Assembly (NCBI GenBank): GCA_964016885.1
Contig: OZ024743.1
Span: 166,284,001 to 166,348,000 of the forward strand
Direction of reading: 5' to 3'
Length of the DNA stretch: 64,000 nucleotides
Origin: Eledone cirrhosa
Taxonomy: Eukaryota
The notes below the pieces were generated by a model. It did not search any database and was not told the origin of the DNA. It saw only the letters and a list, made by a program, of their open reading frames with translations. The position numbers and the translations under genes were made by a program. Every line of letters starts with the position of its first letter. Positions within the stretch are counted from its first letter, which is position 1. Shown here one piece after another: positions 1-13,400 of the stretch.

Positions 1-530
1 AGGTGCTTTGTTCTTAGTCCTTTTCAAAGTGAGTAGCTGAGAGGTTAGGAAATATTTTTCTTCATTTTTGCAGGATGTTAAAGATAGACTGCTTGAGTAT
101 GGAGAGTTGAGACTGAATTCATTGTTGGTTGGTGATCGCAGTGATATGTGGGGAATTTGATGGATGCAGAGCTGTTTGTCACAGTAGTGATGGTGTTGGT
201 AGAGGTGGTAATAGCAGATAACTATCTGAGATGATCGGTCATCAAGCCACTGTTAAGATGAATTTTGGGCGGAGGCTCAGGAGAACAAGTTCCATGTGGG
301 AGAGAGATCCTGTTAAATCTGTGATGAGAAGTTGTGCTTTAGTGATATGTAGTGTATTGGGGTTGGTTGGTATGCTTGTAGTCAGTGGTAAGGTGGTCAT
401 GTTTGCCTAGGTTGATATTAGGAGAAGAATTGTTGTTGCAGGTATGAGGTCATCCCAAGACTCCTTCAACAAGACCAACTTAAGTCTAATGGATTCGCCT
501 TTAGCCTCAACATCGTCTCTCTTTTTCTAC
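1..530 (-). mobile_element. Decayed retroelement fragment, possibly the N-terminal region of a Penelope-like element
   Basis: Minus strand reads LSHMELVLLSLRPKFI, like the LS..E..LL.LG.KF motif upstream of Penelope RT; heavily interrupted; bounds approximate. Confidence 0.3.
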
Positions 531-589
531 TCTTGGGTCCCAAATAATAGGGGAGTTGTAATAAGCAGGGTGAGGAAGGAATCGATCAT

Positions 590-760
590 TTTTCTAGGTT
601 GTCTCCCTTGATTTTTCTTAAAAACCAGAATTAGGCATTTAGTTTAAATATTGTGACCCCAACCCATCCTATTTATTCTATAACATATGGGATTTCTTAT
701 GTTCTTTTTTGTCATGTATAATGTTTTTTAATGTCTAAAGAAAATTGTCACAGGAATGCT
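590..760. repeat. Dispersed repeat, copy 1 (copy 2 at about 9333-9513)
   Basis: Shared string ttttctaggtt...aaaaccagaattag...acccatcctatttatt...aattgtcacaggaatgctac at both sites. Confidence 0.75.
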
Positions 761-764
761 ACCA

Positions 765-880
765 CCTCTGACATCATTTCAACTCCTAATCCTCATTGTC
801 GAAAATATCTACTTTACTTTCTACAACCACACCTATAAACAAACAGCAGGCCTACCCGTAGGATCCAGTCTCTCAGGCTA
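765..880 (+). mobile_element. Penelope-like RT fragment
   Basis: Translates IYFTFYNHTYKQTAGLPVGSSLSG, matching the PLE RT motif YxQxxGxxMGSPLS. Confidence 0.55.
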
Positions 881-1379
881 TCCATTTAAAACCAAACTGC
901 ATTTTCAATAGAATATACTTATTTCCCCATTGATGTCACGCAATATTTTAGATACAAAATATCAATATGCTTTTATTTGCCACATTAAAATAACCAAAAT
1001 GAAGTTGAGAACAAATATTAATGAGAATGTTAATAAAATAATTATTAGTTTAAAAATTAGACAAAAGATTTGTTTTGAGGGAGGAGGCTCTAGCTAATTT
1101 AATTAGCATATAAGATAAAATTGATCCTCATAGAATAATTTGAACTCAAAATGTAGGTTCTGCCATTAACAATTATAATATATATACATAAGTAGAATAT
1201 AATGGAAAGTCAACTCTGAACTAGGAACAATGTGTAGCTAAATAGCTACACTAATTGATTTTAATTTAGGGTCCAGTTATTTTATATATTTCAACATCTC
1301 TATACAAAATATATTTACATCATTAAAAACTTGAGAAGATAAAATTACAAATAAAAGATTCTTTTTCCCCATCTTCTTT

Positions 1380-1443
1380 TTATTTAATCCCAAAGAGCAG
1401 TCGTAAATCATTAAGTTCTAAACGGCTTGTTGATTGTCCTGAT
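1380..1443 (-). CDS. TTF2: TTF2 last coding exon: (G)[20 protein letters not shown]
   Basis: Acceptor ttaacAG; TAA stop at 1380-1382; DLRLLFGI resembles the TTF2 C-terminus. Confidence 0.9.
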
Positions 1444-4400
1444 CTGTTAAATAAAAAGAAAAGCAGAGTTAATGTTCTTAAAAAAGGAAGGCAAAAACAT
1501 CAGACCAAAGCAATAATGTTTCCATTGGTCTTTCCATTGATTGCTTCAGCCTGCCTGACAAATAAACAGGTTATACTCCTACCTCATAGATAAAGAGTTA
1601 GCAGTTAGAAGCACATGAAGTGTTCAGACCTCAGGATACATAGTACAATTGCGTACTTGGGTAAAACAAAGTACACAGTCTTCTTTGATGATAAACAGAT
1701 TCTACTCATGCTTTATAGTTGGAAGAATAGTCTAACGGCACACACACTTACCCTGACAGTATATCTCTGGCCAAATTACGTTTCCGGTTTTGTAATGTAA
1801 CAATCCTTTCCTCAATTGTATTCAGACAGACAAACCTAAGAAAATATATGAGAAAGAAAATAAAAGCTTGTCTTTGATTCAATTTTTATCAAACTCCTGT
1901 TTCATTTAAACAATTTACACATATGATGCATAAGAACGTCTCCATCTCATCCTAATGTGGAGAAACAAGAGTGAGCCTCAGCAACAGATCATTTTGTCTG
2001 TTACTTGAGCTTTCGATATCCTTAATACAGTAGAAAGGGATGATAAATCTTCAGACCACTGGAGCATTGTGAAATAAAGCATCTTGCTCAAGGACACAAT
2101 GTGTTGTCTGGTGCAGACAGGAACTGAACTTAAAACCTTACAATCATGAACCAAACAGCCTAACCTCACAAAGTGATGAAATCCTTTGATACATGTATAC
2201 ATGTGTTGAAGTTCCCTCTGTTCTGATAATGAGTGTTCCAGTTGTTTGATCAATGGAAAATCCTGCTCATAAAATTAACATGTAAGTGACTGAGCATTCC
2301 ACAGACACATATACCTATAATATAGTTCTTGGGGAGATACACCATGACACAGTGTGTGCCACGGCTGGCCTTATGAATTACAGGTACAATTAATTTTTCC
2401 CAGCTGATTGGACTGGAGCAAGTGAAATTAAGAATCTTCCTCAAGGACAAAACACATCACCAGGAATCAAACTCACAACCATATAATTGTGAACTGAACA
2501 CCCCAACCACTAAATTAAGTGCCATCATACTTTGATATTTAACAGTCTTTGAAACTATAATGGAAAATAAAACAAAAGTATATATCGTGAAATAGAATCT
2601 GAAAATGTGAAGAAAATTTAAACAAAGACTATGAAGTACAAAAGACAAAATGGTAGAACACCAGAGGAAAATATTTAATTTTATTTCTCTACTTTCAGAA
2701 TTGAAATATCATCTGCATCATCTTTCTTTTTCACCCTTCCAGCGTTGATAAAACAAATACCTGTGGAACATTTACATCAAGTTAAAGACTGAGATCAACA
2801 ATAGCAACAAAGACGCATCAATCCTTTTGGTACAAAACTGCCTGAAACTGATCCTGATTCTATTATACAAAGCTGTTTGTTTTAAAGTGTTTATATTTAT
2901 CTAAAAACATTCCATCCTAATTTTATATAAGAACCTTTGTTAGTTATATTTGAGGAGGGTCATGTCCTATTGGCAAAAAAAAAAAAAAAGTAAAACACAC
3001 TCACCGTTTGGTTTGTTTCGGCTTCAGTATATTTATATAAATAATTTAGCCAACAATCAATATTTATCATTGATTGACCAACAGCTAAGAATATAAATAT
3101 AATTTATCTAAGTTCTTTCGTCACTCATTTCTGTGACATCTTCAGTGATTATTGCTGTGTTTCTATGACGTTTTTTTGGTTGTCTCTGTTTGTGCATGCA
3201 TTTGTGTGCGTGTATTCTGTTCAGTGTGTTTATGTTCTATCTTTGGTCACTAGAGTGTGTTTATGTGTGGGTGTTGTTATTGCATCTGTGTATGGTTGTT
3301 GCTTTTCCACTTGTTTTCTGTTCAGCCTAGGTTTTCTTAATTCTATTTCTGTAGCCTCCCTAATTTGTCTAATGTGTAGATATTATTTTAACTTCTATGT
3401 TGTCTATTTTACCAGCATGTTTTAGTCTGGTGTGTTCATGTAGTATTGAATTATCTTTTTGTCCAGTGTTCATCTATCCTCTCTTCTATGCTACAGGCTG
3501 TCTCTCCTAAGTACATCATTGTCATTTTTCTGCAGGCACCCTCTGTACATCTTATGCTATAGACTACATTTCTAGTTTTATAATTTGTTTGCGGGCTTAC
3601 TTTATATATGAGACATTTCTTATTTGCACAGCGGATTTTCTTAAAGGACTAAGTTTTACTGACCAGGGGTTTTATGGTAGTTCCTGGCCTTTCTACTACT
3701 TTAAACAGGTTTTTCTTAGGGCCTTCCTAAATCGACTAGCTAGTTCATCTCCAGGGGTTCCATCCATGACACTCTGGTATTTCTGGTTGTCATACCATGA
3801 AGTGGCTTTCTCTATCGTTTTCCTATTCCTATCTATGCAATTCCATGATTTGCTCCTGTACAGCAGGCAAATCCCTTTCATGCCCATCTCTATGAGTGTC
3901 TTGTATTTCACCATCGGCCCTTTGTACACCCTGATTTTGTCTCTTTGGCTGTAACCAGAGAAGTGCATGTGATGGATGAAGTGATGTACATGACTTTCTA
4001 GTTCAATTGGATCACACATGGAGAACATATTTTTCATCCCTCTTACAAAGTCTATGATCAGGATATTAAACTTAGTACTATTGGACATCACTGAGCTTTT
4101 GTGTATTAGGTATTTGGAGGCCATGGGTTAAGCATAGTATGAGTGAATAATTTGGGCTTTCTTGTTTATAGTATGTAACCAGAGTTCAGTGTCTAATACT
4201 GGTAGTCTATTGTTAGGGTGTTTGGTAGGGTAGTCGATAGTTACTTTGATGCTCTGGTGTATGGAGTTAGCTATTTGCTGGGTGCGCCCCATGGTGTTAG
4301 CATCTAATTTGGGTTCATAGGTACTTTCTTGTGGGGGTGTTTTTATTACTATATTACTAACAAGAGTACATGGTGAGGACTATAGAGTTCTCTTCTAGGT

Positions 4401-7400
4401 GTTCTATGAGGCTCCTTTCCCACCAAACCATAAATAGGTTGGCAACTTCGCCAGCTAAGCTGATGGTCGCTCTTTCGACTTGGGTGTATGTTTTCTTATT
4501 AAATTTGAACATGTAGCCCTTAAAAGTAGTTTTAGTACTAGCTCCATCCGCATGTGCGATCATCTTTCACACCTGATCATTGTTATCAGGTGTCCGTATG
4601 ACTCTGGTCCATCCGTTCCATCTTCCATTTTAGCCATTGAAGTTACGGTAGGGGGGTCAACCTCTTATTGGTCTACTGGGCAGAAACTGTTGAGGTCATG
4701 ATTGTCTAGATATTCTCCGTCACATATAAGTCTAAGTAGGAGGCCCAGTTCGTCCGTGTCAACATCACAGAATTCTACCTCACTCTCATTGACTATTTTC
4801 AAACATTTTTCCACAGCAAAATCAAAGTCAATGGATGGGTATATATCTATACTGCTATTTTGCAGTTTGTTAGGTCTTTGGTGTAGTTGCAATTGTTGAT
4901 TCTGCTGAGGAGGTCCTCTGTGTTGTCACACACATAAGATCCTGTAGTTGCTGGCTATATTGTCTCTGCAGACAGGTCTTGTTGGTGGTCCTGTTATAGT
5001 GTCAATAGCTGGTTTATGGTCTTTGCGGAGCCCATACAAGGGTGGTATGTCATTGTTAGAGGCCTGAAAATTATTGGCTGTGCATCTATTTGGTCTTAGG
5101 ATGTTGGTCTACATCATCATGTGAGCATTGAGGATCCCTTCCCTTTCCTCATGTGTTTGTGGTGTTGTTTCACTCGAGTTGATGAGGTTGGGCACAGCCT
5201 TGATGTAGTTCGGCATGCAGTCTATTGACATTCTACCAGATTTGTTTGTAGGTAGAGACACTATCTCACCATCCCTTGAGTGCTGCATGAGGCTATGTAG
5301 GCCTTCTGCAGGCTTTCTCCCAAGTTGTTGGACCTCCGATCTGTTCTGTCTCCTAGTATATTGTTTCACTATTTGTCTTATTTTATACCTAGCTATGGTG
5401 AACTTCTTTTTGATCATCTATCTGTTGTGGAATGCAAACCCCTTTGTTGAAGGGCATTGTTGTGGGATAGATATGGTTTATATTGTATGTTTTGTCACAC
5501 AGGTTGAAGAATGGGTTCTCCAAGGGGCTGTTATTAAATCTATTGTTATTGCTGTTCTTTCTACTGTTACTGTTGTTGTTACTATTATTTCTATTACTGT
5601 GATTGCTATTTCTATGGGTATTGTTGTTGTTGTTGTTATTTTTATTATTATAGTCGCTATTTCTATAGCCATTGCTGTATCTAATGTTATAGTTGTTGTC
5701 TATGTTACCACCTTTGTTGTTACTATCATCATGCCTTGTGCCCATTTGTGCCTCACCAAATTGGAGCGGCTCCTCTTCAACTTCTTGTGGAGGGGACAGG
5801 TTTCGTTGATGAAAGCGGTCCATCTGCAGCCAGCACTGCTACATGGAGGGCTGGGCATACCATGGCTGATGATGCGCTGAGGCGCAGATATCTCCAGATA
5901 TTCTGCCTAAACGGTGAAAAGTGCGGTCGCCATTTGTCAGACGGGCCTTTCCGCAGCTTGTTTCTTTAACTGAACTGCAGTCCTGGGTCAAGAAGAGACC
6001 GGGACTGGGCGCCTGACATCTGGAATGTTGTCAAGTACTCACTGCCCCCTACCACGAAGGCAATACGGTCAGTGGAACTTCCACTCTAGAGTTCTATAGA
6101 GGATTAGTGGTAGGCAAGTGCGATGACGTTCTTGGAGATTCTATGCATAGACGAGAATGAACTAGCCAGTCTTTTCCGGAGGACTTTCAATCCTGGGACT
6201 ATGGACAATATCCAGAACCCCCCACTTGGCAGTGCTACCGGGAAGCCCTGCTGGTTCGAGATAAACTCTATAGGCACAGTAGTGCTGTCAGATGGAGCTG
6301 TCCGAGATGCACGCAGAGCGATGAAACCATTTTGCACGCACTCACCCAATGCCCGTGTATTGCTGACTTATGGAGTTAAGTCTATTGTTGCGTGTGGGAT
6401 GGATCTGACTATCAACCGAGTCCATTGTGAAGATCAACCCACCGCCTTCTTTTGACTGGGAAGAGCAGGCAGTTTTCCTCTATCTGATAGCTGTAGCAAA
6501 AGAGGTTGTGTGGTGGACACAGCTGAAAGGTCTGAAGACAAACACTTTCCTCTTCGGTCAAGCCCTTGCCAACCTTTTCAAGTTCCACTTGGAAAGGAAG
6601 ATAAGGGTGGAGAGAGAAATGCTACGTTCACTTTTTAAAAGGTGAGTGATTGTTGCGAGAATGGGCCGTGTGAATGGGACCACTCTGAGCATGCGCCTGT
6701 AGGCTGGAAAGATAGAGGGAGAGAGGTGCGCCCTCCTAGGGTGCTCTTGGAGATGAGGGTGGGTTTGGATTTGTGGGGTTCCTAACGTCACCCATGGATG
6801 GTATCCCCACCTATTGGGGAATTCTGTTCTATTGGGGAATTCTGTTCTATTTTTTTTGTTTATTTGTTTTGTTAACATCTGTCTAGAGGGTATTATATAA
6901 TGCCTGCAAAGAGAAATTGAGGACACGCCAATGGTAGATGGAAAGACCAGATCCTAAAATGGTCTCAATGTCAATCAAGTACAGAATTCAGGAACAAATG
7001 GATGAAATGTATTCATGATGTTTCATATTCTGCTGTAAGCAGCAATAATGACTAGGAGAATAAACAACACTAACAATATAGAACAAATAAGAACAAGAAA
7101 GGATCTTTAATATAGGGATGGGGGACCCATGCCAGCATGGATGTGGAATTACAAATTAAAAAACTCCAAACTTACTGATGAATCTCAACATCATGTTTTT
7201 GACCAACTCTATAGATACGATCACAGGCTTGTTCTTCTAAAGCTGGATTCCTGTGAGAATGAAAAAGAATTTTTAAAAATAAAAAAATATTGGTTAAATT
7301 TGTGAGTGCACAGGTGAAACTCCAGAGCAACAAGACTCAAACTCGACCTTAATAAAAAATGTCTCTGTATGTATGCATGTATATATGTATGCATATATAC

Positions 7401-10400
7401 ATTTCTCTATATATAAAATTCTTTGTCTCTCTGTTTGTTTCCTATGCATTCTCAAATGGGTGGACCAAATCAAATCAAATTTTACAAGGTTAATAGTATT
7501 AGAGTTAGACCATGAATGTCAACATGTAATTTTTATTTTCATTTGGATTAAAACAATATAACATTTCATCTAAAATAATCTTTCTATAGTCAACTATACC
7601 TAAACGACGACGACCACCACCACCACATCACATTTTGTATATGAGTGTGTATGTGTCTGTGAGTGTGTGCATGTTTGTGAGTTTGTTACGTACGTTAGGC
7701 CTCAGAGAATTAAACACAAACACACACACATCTACACATACATACACATGTATGATGACTGACAAGTAATAAGTGTGCGTGAATGTATGTCTGTGTGTGT
7801 CTGTCTTAGCATATGTGAATGCATGTGAGAGTGTAGGTGTGCGTGAATGTATCTCTGTGTGTGCCTGTCTTAGTATATAAATGTGAGTGTATGTGAGAAT
7901 CTATGTGTGTGAGTGTATGTGTGATAATCTTTATTTTATTGTTAGGCCACAGACAATTAAACACACACACATCTACACATATAATATAATATAATGAAAT
8001 TATTGTGTAAAGTGCTCAGGTGCACTACAACTCGTCAATATAGTACATAGAATAATACACAAATGTCAGGGAAGTACTTGTGTATGTGTTAGCTGTAGTG
8101 TTGGCAGATCTCGGGAAGCATGGAGGCCTTAAAGGATGCAGTGTCTCGACAGCTAACAACTGATGCAGGTAGTTTGTTCCATGCTTCAGCAACTCTGAGC
8201 GTGAAAAAATGTTTCAGAAAGTCATGGGAACTGTGCTGTTTTCTTACTTTGTGGGCATGTCCACGTGTGTTAGACACATGGAAATCAAAAAGGTACTCAG
8301 GGTTGTTGTTGGCAACATGGTTAACAATTTTGTGGGTGTTTACCAAGTCAGTTGCCAGGCGTCGGAGCTTCAATGAATCCATGCCCAGGGAAGCAAGGCG
8401 CTCAGAGTATGGTAGATGCCTGATGGAGGGTATTCGCTTGGTTGCACATCTCTGAACAGTTTCCAGGCGGTCAATGTCCTGAGCAAGATAGGGGTTCCAG
8501 ACTGGTGATGCAAATTCTAAGTGTGGTCGCACCATAGCTGTATACAGCCTTAAATAGATATCTGGAGAGCGGCATACAAAGGTCTTGCTGAGTGATGCTA
8601 AGACACCCTCGGCCCTCTTGACAATTTTAGAGACGTGCCTCGTCCAACGCAAATCGCTGCTGACCGTAATGCCCAGGTCACGTTCACAGGAAGACTTCTT
8701 GATATTAGTGCTGTGGAGGGAGTATGTGGATGCTGGGTTTTTACTCCCAAAATGCATGGTGGTACATTTGTCCACAGCTAGCTTGAGTATGCAACTTACT
8801 AATGCTATATATATATAGCATTAGTAAGTTGCATACACATTATCTTCACATACAGAGAATTAAACACACACATCTACATATGTGATGCCAGACAAGTAAT
8901 AGGTGTGCGTGAATGTATGTCTGTGTGTGTCTGTCTTAGTATATGTGTGTGTGAGTGTATGTGCGATAATTTTCATTTTCATTTGGATTAAAACAATAGT
9001 AAACAACAACGACGTCATGTTTAGTACATGAACGTGTATGTGTGTGTGTGTGTGTGTGCGTTTGTTAGGTACGTTATTAAGTACACATACATATATACAT
9101 TTGTGACGCCAGACAAGAGAAATATTTTGAAATGATTATGAGAAAAAAACATATCTTCATATTTATTGTTTACTAATCTGAATAAGAAGAGCAATAGCCT
9201 GGGCAACGCCGGGTAATTCAGCTAGTGTATTTATATATTTTTAGTTATTCCTTCAAAATAATGTGAAGGGAAAACCATTATAAATAGCTAAATTTAGTCA
9301 ATTATACCATTAGACATGGGGGGGGGGGGTAATTTTTCTAGGTTCCCTCCTTGATTTAAAAAAAAAAACCAGAATTAGTCATTTAGTTTACATATTGGGA
9401 CCCAAACCCATCCTATTTATTTTATAACATATGGGATTTCTTGTAAAGTTCTTTTTCAGCCTCTATAATGTGTTTTAATGTCTGAAGAAAATTAATTGTC
9501 ACAGGAATGCTACTACTTAAAACAAAATTTTGTCAGAGATAGATCAGCAAAATTTAATAAGCATGGTGGTGGTGGTGTTGGGAGTGGGAGAAGGGGTTAT
9601 TCGAGACCCGAGAGTAGGCTGCAATTGAATTTACAGAGCTTTGTTTTATATGTGGCTCTTAACACATTTACAGATTATGTTACACAGAAGCAGAAGTATG
9701 GGGGAACCTCTCACAAATAAAAGTTCTTCTTCACCCACTTATTCCTGAGAGTGTCGTGGGGGCAGAGTCCTCAAACATTCCTTCCAGCAGGTCCTGTCAA
9801 AAGCAACCGTTTCCAGTGATTTTGTTATTTTCACTGATCTCTTTGATTCTGTGCTGGATATATGTGTTAAGAGAGGGGCTGAACTGTCAACTGATAACCA
9901 TCTAGCTATCTGCAACTTAAAACTACTTAAAGCCAAAGAAGCTCACAAGACTGGCAGGTCCAGGTCAACCTACAGGGTAAAGTGGGAAGCGTTGGTGGAT
10001 AAGGAAGTCAAGACCAAGTATGTAGATACAAATGAAAGTTATAGAGTTCAATTCCAGTCTGAATACATGTACAAATATATCTGATATCTGAAGATATTTG
10101 ATGCCAAACCACCTGAAACCACATCTGGTTCTATGATACAAAGCTGTTTTCTTAGGTGTTTATATTTACCTAAAAACCTTCCACTATAATTTTATGAATG
10201 AATCTTTGTTAAACAATAAGATTAACAATTTAAGAATTGCTTCCAGCACCAGTAATATATATAATACAGGCCTATTTCACTCTTTTGCAAAACAGTTGTA
10301 AGTTCTTATTTAAATAGAAGAATGAGAGAGAAGAATACTCACCAGTGGTTATCAAGTAAAAATAAATGACTGCCACCAATCAAATTAAGACCAACACCAC

Positions 10401-13400
10401 CAGCTTTTAATGATAGCAGTAATATCTGAAATATAAGCTTGTATTTTAGTTCATTTTGATTCTGCATGTTGTAAGCAGTAACTAAAATGTATGGTGTCAG
10501 AAAGGATACCTGGCTGTAAAACATTGCCTCAAAAAAGATCCTGTGATGAGTATGAAGCCTTTTACAGGGCTTGCAAGACTAAGCCCTGCTTTAGCATGGA
10601 AAATTGCCTTAAACTGTATGCTGCTACTCCTGATTCTTGATAACAGATATTATTATAACTTAGGAGGGTAATTCTGCCAATCAAAACACACTTCAGTTTT
10701 ATTATTTATTAAGTAGTTAATGAGGGGCTTTGACCATTAATTACCTGATTAATAATACCCCAACCCAAAAGTAAAACTCAACCAGTGCATGTGTTTTGGT
10801 TCATGTTGTTTGGACTTTATATATACATATTTTCTTGGGGGCTCAGTCAAAAGGAGAGGGGACAATGCCCTTCACCTCTTTTGCAGGGCATCTAGTGGGA
10901 AGAAAGAAAGAAACCAAGATGTATATATACACACACACATAAACATATATCATCATCATTTTTCTATACTTGTATGGGTTATACATACAGACACAAGTAC
11001 CTCACATATATAGAGAGACATAGGACAATCTGGAGATTGAGGGTATGGAAACTAAAAGATCACATCATCAAAAACAGGTTCAGAAATGCTCTAGGTGATA
11101 TTGTGAGCCACTGATGAGCTCTATAACCAGAGTAAAGAACCAGCCAAATAAAAAGTGACTTGATGGTAGAATAATACTGTTGATAGAGCCATAAAAGCTA
11201 AAAATGACAGGCCTGGAAAGAATGGAAGGTGAGCAGCAAAGAACAATATCATCTAGAAGCTAGATGACAGGTTTACATAGTTCATAGAAAAGCTGAAAGC
11301 ATGAAGTTTATCGATGTTTAGTGACAACAGGATCAGAAGTATGAAGTATTTAAGAGTGTAAGGCAGTGTATCAGGAATGACTTTGGTGCGAACTATTTCA
11401 TTTGATGTTCAGAAGAAAAAGAACTCTGATAAAATAATAAAATATAGAATAGTCATTATCTTTATATATTAAATCGCTTACCTCTGGACCATTTGAGTTG
11501 GTATTAAAGTCCTCGACAATCTCTGACCGTTTCTTTGGAAGAACATTTCCCTGTAGAAGATGGCATGAAAAGCCTGTCTGTTCAACATGGTATTTCACAA
11601 TCGCTAATAGTTTTGTCCACTGAGATACAATCACACTGCAAAGGTTAATAAAACAAAGCAGTCAAGTTAGTAATGCATAAGGACTATTGCATATATTTAT
11701 ATTTTCATTCTTTTACTGGTTTCAGGCATTATGCAACAACCATGCTGGAGCACCACTTTAAAGAGATTTAGTCGTTAATAATCACCTCAACACTTTTGTT
11801 TTTTATGTTTGATTCTTATTTTATCTATCTTCCTTGGGCTTCTGCAATTCCCATCTACCAAATGTCCCTCATATGGCACTGGTCAATCTGAGGTACAGGC
11901 CTAAAGTGCCATGTGGTGTGACTGAATCTTAACATCCTTTTTTCCACACTAGCATGGGTTAGTTGACCTATCCCATTGTGAGACAAGCTAGATCAAGTGA
12001 CTATGTCTTGCTCCTACGGACCTGTTTCTAGCTTGGTTTCTATGGTCACACACACATATATATATATATTTCCAACTTCACCTTCTCTCTCTCTCTCTCT
12101 CTCTATTATATATATATATATGCGGCGGTCCCTTCTGGGAAATGGTCGTGCTCGGTGTGTAGGAAAGGCGTAGGTAGAAACTACATTTTATGTCCTAAAT
12201 GCAAAGTATGGGTGCATAAAAGATGTAGTGGGATCACAGGTAAGCTAACTAAGAACATAGATTTTACATGTGGCCGGTGTTCTGGTGCAATAAGTAGCAG
12301 CGAGTGCCCACAAAATACTAGCTCTTTCAATTGCGCAGAGGGTTCTATAGAAATAGTGGACAGCTTCCGTTACCTGGGCGATAAAATCAGCAGTGGGGGA
12401 GGGTGCTCTGAAAGTACAGTAGCTAGAGTCAGAACTGGTTGGAAAAAGTTCAGAGAGCTTATACCACTATTAGCTGCTAAAGGGTTCTCCCTAAAAATGA
12501 AAGGCAGGTTGTACGATGCCTGCATACGAACAGCAATGTTGCATGGCAGTGAGACCTGGGCATTTGTGTGCAGAGGATATACGCAGACTAGAGAGGAACG
12601 AAGCTTGCATGCTCCGCTGGATGTGTAACAGTAATATACGTGAACGGCAAAGCATAAACGAACTAAGGAAAAAATTAGAGATAAGAGGGATCAGATGTTG
12701 TTTACTCGAGAGAAGGCTACGTTGGTATGGACACGTGATGCGCATGAAAGTCGATAGCTGTATAACAAAGTGCAGGGCAATAAAGATAGACGGTAGCCAC
12801 GGAATAGGCAGACCTAGAAAAACCTGGGACGAGCTGATAAACTCCGACCTCACACACTTACACCTCTCCAAGACAATGTCACTGGACCGAGACCTTTGGC
12901 GGTACTCAGTAACAGAGAAGACCCGCCTTGCCAGTAGGCATCTCTAACAAAATACACCCCGTCCCGCCACCACTCCCACCCCATCCACACCACCCCGTTC
13001 TATGTAAAGTTATGTTGGTGCCGCGCCATCCAGGCCGAAACAAATGAGATCGTGTAGGTATCACGACAAAAAAACACACAGTCCACGCTGTAATGTGGCC
13101 GTGTAGGCAACACGGTAAAAACCTCCCAGACCCACACTGTAAATGTGGTTGGTGTTAGGAAGGGCATCCAACTGTAGAAAACCTGCCAGACAGTCCTATG
13201 CGAGCAAGACAATCACTCTTGCCTCAAGTGGGACTACCCCCGTCCAAACCCATGCAAGCGTGGAACACGGACGTTAAACGTTGATGATGATGATGATGAT
13301 GATATATATATATATATATATATATAATAGAGAGAGAGAGAGAGAGAGAGAAGGTGAAGTTGGAAATAGCACGGAAATATATTTAAGGGTCTGATTTTCT

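Noticed and set aside
2995-3030. Extra TTF2 exon at the donor-like GTGAGT near 3004
   Set aside because: Exons K and L already join in phase with continuous homology, and this site lies at the Penelope terminus.
5215-5880. 221-aa hydrophobic 'membrane protein' and 144-aa Asn-rich ORF
   Set aside because: Both come from a degenerate trinucleotide tract joining a Penelope fragment to a Tx1 fragment.
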